From Octopus vulgaris (Eukaryota): a stretch of DNA of 64,000 nt. The stretch lies in contig OX597829.1 of the NCBI GenBank assembly GCA_951406725.2, forward strand, positions 37,138,001 through 37,202,000. The letters run 5' to 3'. Position 1 is the first letter of the stretch; the number at the start of each line of letters is the position of its first letter. Positions 1 to 11,648 of the stretch are shown piece after piece. A program made the translations under genes and the position numbers. The notes below the pieces were generated by a model that made no database searches, was not told the DNA's origin, and saw only the letters and a program-made list of their open reading frames with translations.

Positions 1-211
1 AAAAAATAAATAATCTACATAACTACAGTGAAATTTTACCAACCCAGATGGTTCTTTTAAAATATGAAATGACTCATCAAATTGTCTGTTGTTGTTGTTG
101 TTGCCGTTGTCGTTGGCGGCGGTAGTAGTGGTGTGTGTGTGTGTATGTCTGCATTCATATTTATACTTACAGTAGTTGTTGATAATTTCTGACATCATTA
201 GTGAATGTAGA

Positions 212-615
212 GGCGCAGAAGTGGCTGTGTGGTATGTAGCTTGCTTACCAACCACATGGTTCCGGGTTCAGTCCCATTGCGTGGCACCTTGGGCAAGTGT
301 CTTCTACTATAGCCTCGGGCCGACCAAAGCCTTGTGAGTGGATTTGGTAAACGGAAACTGAAAGAAGCCCGTCGTATATATGTATATATATGTGTGTGTG
401 TGTTTGTGTGTCTGTGTTTGTCCCCCCAACATCGCTTGACAACCGATGTTGGTGTGTTTACGTCCCTGTAACTTAGCAGTTCGGCAAAAGAGACCGATAG
501 AATAAGTACTAGGCTTCCAAAGAATAAGTCCTGGGGGGTTGATTTCCTCGACTAAAGGCGGTGCTCCAGCATGGCCGCAGTCAAATGACTGAAACAAGTA
601 AAAGAGTAAAGAGTA
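212..615 (+). mobile_element. tRNA-derived SINE with CORE-like central domain (family A), near full length
   Basis: tRNA-like head (GTGGCTGTGTGGTA ... GGTTCAGTCCC B-box), CACCTTGGGCAAGT CORE-like motif, internal (TA)/(TG) tract and (GAGTAAA)n tail; near-identical copy at 26105-26491. Confidence 0.85.
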
Positions 616-774
616 TTGACTTATTTTATGTAAGAAATGACATGTTGCATTAAGAAATGCTTTTTGAATAATGAATTGAGCAACATAGCCAGATGGCCAT
701 CTTGGATGACATCTTGAATTTGGTACTGTTCCATTGCTTAGATATTAAAGGATATTTAATATATCACTTAGTAA

Positions 775-837
775 GTTCCTGTGAAACCATCTAACCCATG
801 CCAGCATGGAAAACAGTTGTTAAATGATGATGATGAT
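775..837 (+). mobile_element. 3' fragment of (GAT)n-tailed SINE-like repeat (family B)
   Basis: CCAACCCATGCCAGCATGGAAA...GTTAAATGATGATGAT-like end shared with many copies in the window. Confidence 0.7.
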
Positions 838-2211
838 TATTTCCAAATTTTCAGTACTATCAACAAAATTACAGGTCCTAACATGAAAGGCAGTTCATGT
901 ACCAAACGGTTACTATTAACAGCACATTTCAGAAGTATCACAAATCTTATAAATTTATAGATTCGGTTCCAGATCTTGAGGAACCTGTCAACTATTCTAC
1001 TGAATCCTTAAATTCAACTGCTGACTTCTATTCAATTTAGGAGTCATCATGCTATTCTGGAACATTGTTCAGCTTTGACTGATGGTTAAAATATTAATGT
1101 CTCATATTATTCAGGCTACTTATTTTGACTGGTTGTTTTATGAGTGAGGATGCTTTGATACCTAGAATACCATTGATACCATCTGACTCAGATGGTGTCA
1201 AGGCTGCAGTTTGCTGTATCTATAAATCAATCACAGAAATAACTTTCCCTGTCACTGGGTTGCAGCAGGAAAAGACATTACTTCTCTCATGACAACTTTT
1301 TGTTGTATGTACCAAAGGTAGAAATTGTTTTGTTTATGCCCCTTCTGAAACATTTACACTAAATAGTAAATCCATCTATCCATCTGCTCTACCCACTATT
1401 CTTAAGATAGTTGTGGTGGGGCCTCCTCCTTAGGGTCCTACCAGAAGCCACAATAATTACATTTTCCAGCTGGATTCTCAAATATGACTAACTGAGATTA
1501 TGAATATTAACCAATTATCTCATTCTTAATCTATCTGTAAGTCTCCTGCCTGTAGGTTTGACATGAAGAATCTATCTTAGTGACATTTTGTCTGTTTTTA
1601 TGTTGAGTTCAAATTCTGATGAGGTCAGCTTTTTTTTTCCTCCTTTCAGAGTCAATAAAATAAACACCAGTCAAATGTAATTGACAAATCTCCTCTCCCA
1701 AAATTTCAGGCCCTGTGCCTCTAATAGTAAGGATTATTATTGTTGTTTATTATTATTCAACATTTGGTAGTTTCAGGCAATTTTCTACTACATCACCCGC
1801 TACTACTCTGTGCTGCTGGGGTGTGTGCAGCATTGTGTGTTCTTTTTTTTTTTGTTGTTGGAGGTGTACAAACTCTTCCCAGTATTGTATTGCGTTTCTT
1901 TTTGTATGGGGTCTGGTGCAGCTTTTGGATATAGTTTTTTTCATTTCCAAAATATGCATTTTTGAAAAGGAAGTAAAATCTGAAAATCAGCTATAATAAT
2001 GTAGTCTTCGAGTCTCATTGCTATGAAGGTATGATGTGGAGAAAAAATTGGAGGGAAAAGGTTTAAAAATCAGAAAAACTATATTTTTAGCCAAAACTGA
2101 GACAGAAATTTTCTGCATTTAGCAGAGCGGTGTCAACTTTAAAGTTGTACCCTGTGAAATTTATAGGTTAGCATCTGACCTGTTCATTGTAGGTTTCTAA
2201 ATAAATAGAAA

Positions 2212-2723
2212 TCTATATATATAAAACTCTAGTTGTGTGAGTGTCTGTCCCCTTCGATTTAGATTCCTAACTCCTCCCACATTTTGCGGTGCAGTTTAAC
2301 CAACTTCGGGTATCTTATAGTCGTGATTCATATCGAGCCCGTCTGACTATTAGCGCGCGTCAACGATGAGTCTACGATTTTTAAAATAATTTAACATCAT
2401 CTTTTATTCCATTTTAATGCATAATTTTTCGTGTGTCGATGGCGGCGGAGTTGGCGTCCATGGTCACACCTGCACCTGTTTGCTTCTCCCCTTCTTCCCT
2501 CCCTCGTGAAGCTGTGGGGAAGGGAGTGTAAGGAAATCGACGTCGTAAAGCGTTGTCAAGGAGACCAGCGTTCTTTTAGAACAACAACTTCATGGCTTGA
2601 AGACACCAAAACAGAAATGGCTAAGAAAGCCCGAATTGGCATCTATAAGGGAAGTAACTCTCTAAAAATGCTTATATAGTTATTTCCCTTACAAACCCGA
2701 GCAACGCCGGGCGATACTGCTAG
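2212..2723 (+). mobile_element. Non-autonomous Helitron (~512 bp)
   Basis: 5' TC, 3' CTAG preceded by the hairpin CCCGAGCAACGCCGGG, inserted between A and T with no TSD; closely similar inverted copy at 36487-36986. Confidence 0.85.
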
Positions 2724-3959
2724 TACCTAATAAAATCAACATATATCATCTTACTGTTTCTTTTGTCTCTTCACTGATCGTATGCTTTTATTATTTTTAA
2801 AAGTTTGCCATATTAATTAATTTGTCTGCATGTGTTTACTTTATGTGTATTTCAGTATTATGTATATCTGTCATGTATTTGTGTACATCATTAATATGTG
2901 TGTGTGTATGGGGAGGGGGCATTGCCTCCAAAACTTCAAAGTTGAGTAACATTTCCATGCTTGGATAAACTACAATAAGAATAACGCTAGTCAACAAAGA
3001 ATTTGTCCCACGAAAAAGAATACCTGTATGTTATGTTTTTGTATGCAGAATTCAAAAATAATGTCAAATTATCTGCATCACCCACAGTTTCTCTGTTCCA
3101 CAATATCCCTCTTAGTTCCTGTTACATGGGCTAAATTTCAGTTAAGCTTTTGTAATGTGAAGCTAACAGTTTAAGAATTACTCCTAATTTAAATGTTTAT
3201 GAATAGAATTAATGTAGTCAAATCATAAATCCAGCTATCTCAGTCAATGAGCCCCTGAATCTTGGCAATACTGAGTTGATGAGTCACCGATGCCTTGTCA
3301 GTACTGTGCTTGAAGTGTAGATGTGTGATTGTGTACTAAGTTCACATATTCCATTCATCTTCATAATGCCAAGAAACTGTATAAACATTGCAAACAACTT
3401 TTGCTATATATGAAAAATATGTAAAATATTAAGACAATTGACGGAAAATATCTATAATAAAATTCTAATTGATAAATATAAATTTTTATCAAAACAAAAC
3501 GTGAGGATGAAATAAATCTCGTGGTGTTGAAGAATCAACACAACATAACTTGTGGTTGTTGTGGTAACAAGCTGTTAATGCCTTGTCTGTTAATTGGCTA
3601 AAATTACCCAAATTTCCCAACTTATTCCAAATAACATCAGGTTCTTTAATTTATGCGATAAAGTAATTGATTGATCGTAATCAAAATTTCATAGTTGCAT
3701 CAATACACCAAAATTGAAAACAATCTGAGCAAAATTAAAGGGGGGCTCATTATTTGAATGGAACAAACTAGATCCCAGTATTTTTTTGTATTAGTGTTTG
3801 TTTGTATTGTGTGTATGTGTAATGTGTCAGGTACCTTTCCTGCTGGTGGTTGTTTATTTTATTGGATATTTGCTATATAGCATGTCTTGTGTTTGTAGAT
3901 TGTTTTGTTTGGGTTATAGTATTGAATTGATGATATTTTGTGTAGGATGTGGGCTGTTC

Positions 3960-4397
3960 CTAGCAGGGCTATTTTTTGGATAGTGTTTATATGTTGAGGA
4001 TCCAGGTATAGTTTCTATGTTTTTTGTTCATGTTTCTTTATCATGCCCAGTGCTCCAATTATTACTGTTGTTGTTTTCATCTTCATGCCCCACATCTTGG
4101 TTACTTCAATTTCAAGTGTGTTTGTACTTTGATTATTTTCCCACTTCTTTTTGGACAATATTTTGGTCAGAAGGGACTGCAATGTCTATCAGTAAGCAGA
4201 GGTTTTTTTTTTTAATCCTTGATTAATATGTCTGAGAAATTAGCTCTTAATTCTTTGTCAGTCAGAACTGGCATATCCCAGATGGTTGTGGCGTGGTCGT
4301 TGTCATGTATTTTGTTTGGCACCTGTTTATTGTCAGTTTTTTATGTTGTAGTGTTGGTATACTGTCCAGTGGATATAACTACTTACTTGGTCATGTT
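3960..4397 (-). mobile_element. 3' fragment of R4/Dong-like (restriction-like endonuclease) non-LTR retrotransposon, decayed
   Basis: Minus-strand translation KHDQVSSYIHW...IWDMPVLTDKELRANFSDILIKD resembles the RHD...NRPD endonuclease region; abuts a (TA)n tract. Confidence 0.65.
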
Positions 4398-4443
<46 letters not shown>

Positions 4444-4458
4444 ATATATATCTGTGAA

Positions 4459-4776
4459 CCCCTTCGGTCATGACTGACCATGGGATTGCACCTAGAAAGT
4501 TACCTCCCCCAGGCACAAATCCACACAAGGTTGTTTATGGAAGACCAGCAGTCGCCCTTGCATACCGGCCTCCCCTCTCCATGCCACCAGTTTTATCCAA
4601 GGGAAAGGCAAAGGCTGATACAGCGTGGCACCTGTGACATCCCAACTCATTTCTACAGCTGAGTGAACTGGAGCAACGTGAAATAAAGTTTCTTGCTCAA
4701 GAACACAGCACGCGACCTGGTGAGCTCACAACCTCACAATCGTAAGCTCAACTCTCTAACCACTGAGCTATGCGCC
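4459..4776 (-). mobile_element. tRNA-derived SINE (family C)
   Basis: Minus strand starts GGCGCATAGCTCAGTGGTTAGAG (A-box), with a decayed B-box and a SINE-type central domain (TGTGTTCTTGAGCAAG...). Confidence 0.7.
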
Positions 4777-4785
4777 TTCACTACA

Positions 4786-4852
<67 letters not shown>

Positions 4853-4945
4853 TATATATATATGGTGGTGCTATTAAGTTAGACATGGCCTGGGCCAATA
4901 ATGGCCGAAACCTATCAAAGTATCAAAGTATATATATATATACAT

Positions 4946-4985
<40 letters not shown>

Positions 4986-5045
4986 GCATATATATATATA
5001 TACACATATATATATATATATACATACATACATATATATATATAC

Positions 5046-5076
<31 letters not shown>

Positions 5077-5081
5077 CATAT

Positions 5082-5126
<45 letters not shown>

Positions 5127-5247
5127 TATATATATATACATATATACATATACATATATATATATATACATATACATACATATACATATATATATATATA
5201 CATATACATACATATACATATATATATATATACATATATACATATAC

Positions 5248-5327
<80 letters not shown>

Positions 5328-5755
5328 GGTTCGCCAGACCTCTGTCGATTCATCCAACCCATGCTAGCATGGAAAGCAGACGTTAAACGATGATGTATAT
5401 ATATATATAAATATACATGTATATATATATATATATATAAATTATATATATATTATATATATAAATTATATATATATAAATTATATATATATATATAAAT
5501 TACATATATATATATATATATATAAATTATATATACATAAACATATATATATATATAAATTATATATACATAAACATATATATATATATTATATAAATTA
5601 TATATACATAAACATATATATATATATTATATAAATTATATATACATAAACATATATATATATATAAATTATATATACATAAACATATATATATATATAT
5701 TATATAAATTATATATACATAAACATATATATATATAAACATAATATATATATAT
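4786..5755. repeat. Large compound (TA)n/(TACA)n/(CA)n microsatellite field with embedded repeat ends
   Basis: Directly visible; source of the spurious YI/IH-rich ORFs. Confidence 0.95.
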
Positions 5756-5844
5756 GGTGGGGCTGCAGCATGACCACACCTGCAAGGCTGAAATGAGTAA
5801 AAGAATAAAAGAAAATATATACATAATATATATATATGTATTAT

Positions 5845-6395
5845 GAGAATTGAAGCTCCCCAAAGGTCAATCACAAAAAAGATAGATGGCATGTCAGACC
5901 TTGACTACTGGGGTAGACTAGAGAAGCTGAAATTGTATTCACTCCAACGACGCCGTGAACGCTACATTATCTGTATGATGTGGAAAATATTCCATCAGCA
6001 CTGTCCGAATGATGTTGGCATCACCTTCAAAATACATCCAAGGCTTGGACCACGTGCCATCCGTCCACAACAAAAATCTAAATCGCATCACATAACGACA
6101 ATACGGCACAATTATTTCACCTCTATTGGACCTGCTGTCTTCAACATTACACCAGGACATGTCAAAACAGAAACTGACCACACAAAATTCAAGAAGTCTT
6201 TGGACAAATTCCTTCAAACAGTCCCGGACAAACCACCCACACCTGGATATGTCACCGCAAACAATAACTCTCTGCTTGAATGGGCCTTGGTGCCCAAATC
6301 CTGAATTGAAAGACTTCGCCAGGTGGTGCTGTTAAGTCAGACATAGCCTGGGCCAATACTGGCCAAAACCTTTCTAAGTTAAGTTATTCTAAGTT
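5845..6395 (+). mobile_element. 5'-truncated CR1/L2-group LINE 3' end
   Basis: ORF 5843-6304 (DYWGRLEKLKLYSLQRRRERY...FKKSLDKFLQTVPDKP) matches the CR1-group ORF2 C-terminus; 3' UTR hairpin GGCCAATACTGGCC and TTCTAAG-type tail. Confidence 0.8.
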
Positions 6396-6433
6396 ATATA
6401 TATATATATAGATATAGATATATATATAATATA

Positions 6434-8453
6434 TCTACTACATGTGTGGAAAATCAGCGTATGTTTGTTTGTGGTGTTGTTAGCTAACTTCTACATCGTT
6501 TTATTGATTTTGATGAAATTTGACATGTGAGTAGAACTCATGTCTAGAAACCTCGTGACATAATTTGATTGTTGAAAAAAAATCGATAATACAGCCCCTG
6601 GAAGGGATTTTTATATCTATCTCATATAACTACTCTTTTTTTAAACACCCAAGAGAAATAACCCATAGCACCTGCACAATATATTTTTTAAACACTCAAG
6701 GGAAATAACCCATAGCACCTGCATTTGCAGTTGTTAGTTTTTAGCAAAGCGATCTATATTTGTTTCTCACAATCAGCCAACCTAATTCTGCATTTCACTA
6801 CTCACAGTTTTCAACTCCTAATCCTTATTATTGCATTTTTTTGATGATTGTACACTTTCAATGCCCATAACTCTGATAATTCTGCATTTTCCCAGTTAAA
6901 TGTTTCCGATGTCAGTACATAAATTTTTGATTCCAGATTCAGCAGACCTTATCCTGCATCTCACTACTCACAGTTTTGAACTGCTAAACCTTATTATTCC
7001 ACTTTCTTGATGCATGTACACTTTCAGTGCGCATAACTCCGATAATTCTGCATTTTACCAGTTAAAATTTTTCAATAATACTGCAGAAATTTTTGATTCC
7101 GGAATGTATTTAATAAGTGCGTCCCAATACAATGAACACATATTTTGAATGCTTAAAATTCTTAAAAAATGAAACCAAACTTCCACACAACGTTCAGTTG
7201 GGACACCCTGTTTCACTTATACTTATTTTACAAATCATAATATTTATTGCTTATTTATAGTTTATACATTTTCATAAAACTGATTGAGCCATCGAATTTA
7301 GAAATATTTTACAGGTTTCATTGTTTATGTTCAGTTACTTTGAATAATGATTTTTTGTGTGTCCAATTTCTAATTTTTGCAGACAATATCACTTTTATAC
7401 TTTATTTGACACGTGAGTAGAACTCAAGTCTGGAAACCTTGTGACATACTTAGATTGTTGAAAAAAATCGATAATAGGGCCCCTCCAATGGATCCTTCTA
7501 TCTACTACATATTACTAATATTTTATTTAAGCAACCCAAGGGAAATAATCCATACCACCTGCAATTTTTAGCGAAGTGATCACTTTTTGATTCTCATGAT
7601 CAGCTGGAACTGCTAAACATTATTATTGCACTTCCTTGATTTGAATCTTAAACCTTGAAGGCTTCATTCATACATTTTTATGCATACATACTTTTTTGAA
7701 TGCCTATTACTCTAATAAATCTGTCTTTTTACAGTTACACTTTTTCCGTAGTAGATCAATTTTTTATTCCACAACATATTTGTAGTGGCTTCCTGCAGGC
7801 ATAGCGTGGATTTGATCCTCTGTTGCCAAATTTCACTTAACACCTCAACAGCACTTATCTCACAGTAAAACAATAGTTTTTCTGTGAATGACAGCAGTTA
7901 TACATTTCTGAGATGCCTTCACTAAGGAGAATAATGTCTTTGCCACCTGACCCTTCTAACCTCTTCCAGGCCACTAGGGGCTGGAATGGAGATAACAGAC
8001 CTTCAACAAAATCATTTGTTCTCAACAATATATCTATCTTTCTGGCTGCTTTTCGATAGTTATAAAAACAAGAACTCTGTAAGCTGAAGGCAGTTACTGA
8101 GGTCTACCATCAGTGAGTGTGAATGTTATTGCATTTTCTTCATTTCATTCTTAAACATTAAACACTTCATTCATATACTTATATACATATCTACTACATT
8201 TATATATTACCTGTAATAAATTAGCCTTTATAAAGTTCACCTTTAAAATGCTAGGACGAGTCAGCGTACTTTCTTGCCAATCTCCAACAATCTCTCCCTC
8301 CTCCAGCTGACAGTTTTTTGTACTTTTTCGCAACAGAGAATACACATTTTGTGGCAGTTATAATGAAATTGCTTTCTTATATCAGAGTAATAAGGCATTT
8401 CAATAAGACATCTTTACCCCTTCCCCCCGGGAATTACCAGGTACACCAGCTAG
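6434..8453 (+). mobile_element. Non-autonomous Helitron (~2 kb) with internal duplications
   Basis: A|TCTACTAC 5' end, GC-rich imperfect hairpin then CTAG|T at the 3' end; internal direct duplication ~6520-6760 vs ~7405-7600. Confidence 0.65.
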
Positions 8454-8495
8454 TATATACATAAATATTATATATACATATATATATATATATAT

Positions 8496-9248
8496 ATCAA
8501 ATGTGAGGATAAAATTCTTTTCGAAAAAAAAAATATTTCTCGAAAAAAATTTTATCAATGGCCAGCATATTAAAAAATACCTTTAACGGTTAAATTTATA
8601 AACAATTCATAAATGAGGGCAAAGGAAAAGATTTCTAATGCCAAATATGCCAAAAAATTGGACATATTGTCCATTAACCATATAATTTTTTTCACAATAC
8701 GCACGCTACTCAAAAAAAGGCCGACAGAAATTTCTAAAAAATTCCATTATTACCATATCGGACCGATTTCAGAGTTAGCTACTAAGAGCCCTCTCTTCTT
8801 CAGTGATACATGTGGCAAAAGAAATAAATGAGATACTTACTCGCACCCATGGAAGAAGCAAATACTAAGTCATGGGCACAACTAAGTACCCCAAATACAT
8901 CCAAAATAGAAATACTCCAGCCCATTCGAGGCACGTGCGATTTGAACTGAGATTCTCACAGAGTGAATTAGTTAGTTCGGAAGTGAACGCTTAAATTTAT
9001 ATCAAATGTGAGGATAAAATTCTTTTCGAAAAAAAAAATATTTCTCGAAAAAAATTTTATCAATGGCCAGCATATTAAAAAATACCTTTAACGGTTAAAT
9101 TTATAAACAATTCATAAATGAGGGCAAAGGATCTAATGCCAAATATGCTGAAAAATTGGACATATTGTCCATTAACCATATAATTTTTTCACAATACGCA
9201 TGCTACTCGAAAAAAGGCCAACAGAAATTTCTAAAAAATTCCATTATT
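8496..9248 (-). mobile_element. Retrozyme-like / PLE pseudo-LTR partial tandem (1.5 x ~500-nt unit) containing an HHR
   Basis: 8496-8751 repeated at 9001-9248; HHR motif at 8751-8808; left end runs into (TA)n. Confidence 0.7.
8751..8808 (-). ncRNA. Minimal type-I hammerhead ribozyme (C3-G8 core intact)
   Basis: Minus strand UAUCA-CUGAAGA-AGAG...CUCU-GAA-AUCG(GUC)CGAU-A-UGGUA; stems I, II and III can all pair. Confidence 0.75.
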
Positions 9249-9291
9249 CTCTTCTTTCTAGCATGACCTAATTTATGCCCTCATTTATGAA

Positions 9292-9323
<32 letters not shown>

Positions 9324-9489
9324 CTAAAATATACATAATATATATATATATGTGTGTGTGCATGTGCGTGTGCATATATACATGTGAGATAATAGTTTCA
9401 GTATTAATAGTGAAAGTATTATCTCACATTACATTAGAGATGTTATTGTTTCACTTATGACACGTAATACTGAAATAGTGTAAGAGATA

Positions 9490-10190
9490 AGAGATTGCTC
9501 CAGGTTTGAATTAGGTAAGAAGATGAAACTTTTTTGGGCCCATGACACTGAATGGACCCTAAGTTAGGCATGTGTAAAACTTGAATGAAAACCAAGCTCA
9601 GCATCTATGAATTATGCATCTTAACTGCTCTTTAATACTCTTCTAAGACTTGGACTACATGTTGTTGTCACATCAAGGCTTTGAAAAGATTCCATCAAAC
9701 TTGCCTTAGGAGGATCTTAAGCATCAAATGACAACTTCTAATACCGGACACCATTGTTCTTCAGCAAGCCAGTATATTCAATATTGAAGTGCTCTTCATA
9801 GGATGCTAGGTGACAGGTTACCAAAGCAGTTGTTTATGGAGATTTGTGTAGTAATAAACATCTGAGACATAAATGTAAAAAGCATTTTAGAAATGCCATC
9901 GAAAGCAACCTTAAGGCTCTTAGTGTGAATATTAAAGACTGGGGAGCAGATGCTAGAAAATCAATTGGTTTGGAAAGAAGTTATCTACAATGGTTGCAAA
10001 ACATTTGAAACATGGTGACTCAAACAATTCATCTTGAAGTGAGCACTTTGTAAACTGGACTTGACTCCAATCTCAGACACTTTTCTGCCTGGAAATGTTT
10101 ATAGTATCTGCAACAAGGCCTGTTTGTCCAAAGCTAGACTTGCAAGTCAAATGAGACCTCATGACATTTCCTAATTGAAGAAATGGCCTT
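9490..10190 (+). mobile_element. Decayed RTE-like LINE 3' region
   Basis: Frameshifted RLPK.. motif and terminal C..CNKACLSKARLASQMR zinc-knuckle-like motif. Confidence 0.5.
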
Positions 10191-10226
10191 CTTCTTTTAA
10201 GAAGTGGCAATCACCATTTGTATGTA

Positions 10227-11025
10227 CGAGGGGCGTTCAATAAGTAATGCCCCTGACCCACTTCCCATAGCAGTAGAGCAACGGAACTTGGCACAGTTAT
10301 TAGTCTTTTTCTACATAGGAATCACCCAGAGTTACGCATTTCTCCCATTGTTTGATGCAGCTCTGGAGACCGTTTTTGTAGAAGACCCCAGCTTGGTCCT
10401 CCAACCTGAACGTGACTTCAGAAATCAAGGCTGCATCATCTGGGAAACGCTTTCCTTTCAAAAACAACTTCATGACTGGGAAGAGGTGAAAATCAGAGGG
10501 TGCAAGGTCAGGAAAGTAGGGGGATGGGGGAGGAGTTCATAGCCATACGCCTGTGCTTCTGATCTGGCGACAAGCGAGTTGTGGACCGGAGCGTTGTCCT
10601 GCAGGAGGAGGATGCCTTTGCTGATCTTGCTCCGCCTCTTGATTTTGATAACTTCTCTTAATTTCCTCAAAAGTGAAGCATAATAGACTCCTGCAATTGT
10701 GGTTCCCTTTGCCAGGAAATCTGTCATCACTACTCTGTCGTGGTCCCAGAAGACTGTGAGCATGACCTTGCCAGTGGAGGGCTGCAACTTTGCATTCTTT
10801 GGAGGGGGTGATCATCGTGATGGACCCAGGTTTCATCCTGTGTAATCAGTCTTTTGAAAAATTTTGACTCATCTTCTTGGCACATCTCCAAATCAGAAAC
10901 CACAATTAATTCAGAACTAATTTGCCACTTACTCTATAGAGATATAAATGATTGCACATGCAAAATTTCAGCTAGATCAAACAACTGCAAGTGGGTCAGA
11001 GGCATTACTTATTGAACGTCCCTCG
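10227..11025 (-). mobile_element. Internally deleted mariner (DD34D) transposon
   Basis: 37-bp TIRs (CGAGGGGCGTTCAATAAGTAATGCCCCTGACCCACTT, 2 mismatches), TA TSD, motifs ITQDETWVH, GKVMLTVFWD, LLQDNAPVH, PDLAPSDF; N-terminal HTH region absent. Confidence 0.9.
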
Positions 11026-11648
11026 TATATGGACATGTGTATAGGTGTATATATATACACACACACATTCTTGGAGGCTTCATTACGTCATCAGAGAATG
11101 TTTTTTCATATATCAAATATAGTGACAATTGCTCATTGTTTACAGATGGAATAAATCCTTATTTTAAATCAGGGTTTTGAAGTTGAAACAAAAATCTTTA
11201 ACTCCTCTTTATGTAATTAAGTGACTGTGGTCTGCATATCTCATAAAGCATATGCATACACTTGTACTTTGAGTAGGCCGATATGTTATAACTGGTTTAT
11301 ACTAAAGAATAAAGATATTGTGATTTATTATATCACACCTATTCAATTTTCAATATTTTCTAACAGAATTAGAGGCAGTTTTTGAAAGGATATGGATGAA
11401 ATGACAATAGAAATAAAAAGGCTATAAATGTAAGGCTTATTACATGAGTATCTTAGGAAATAAGAAATAAGTACATCAAAAAATAAAACTACTAACAAGT
11501 TGAAATATAATCTTTGACAGGTTATTAAAGACATAACAAAAATAATAAGTCTATAAGTCTGTAAGATTTTATTAATTATATAGTCAGGAATACCCTAAGA
11601 AATGAAAAAAAAAAAGTTCAATTGGTGTTAAAGTTTTTCATGAAGCAA

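Noticed and set aside
212-290. tRNA gene-like A/B boxes
   Set aside because: Heads of SINEs with body and tail; no complete cloverleaf
2431-2679. 82-aa ORF recurring at 36545-36781
   Set aside because: Lies inside a non-autonomous Helitron; recurrence reflects repeat copies and there is no recognisable domain
4693-5892. Long ORFs rich in Y/I/H/T/C/V
   Set aside because: Translations of (TA)n/(CA)n microsatellites; the same applies to 48415-49322 and similar tracts
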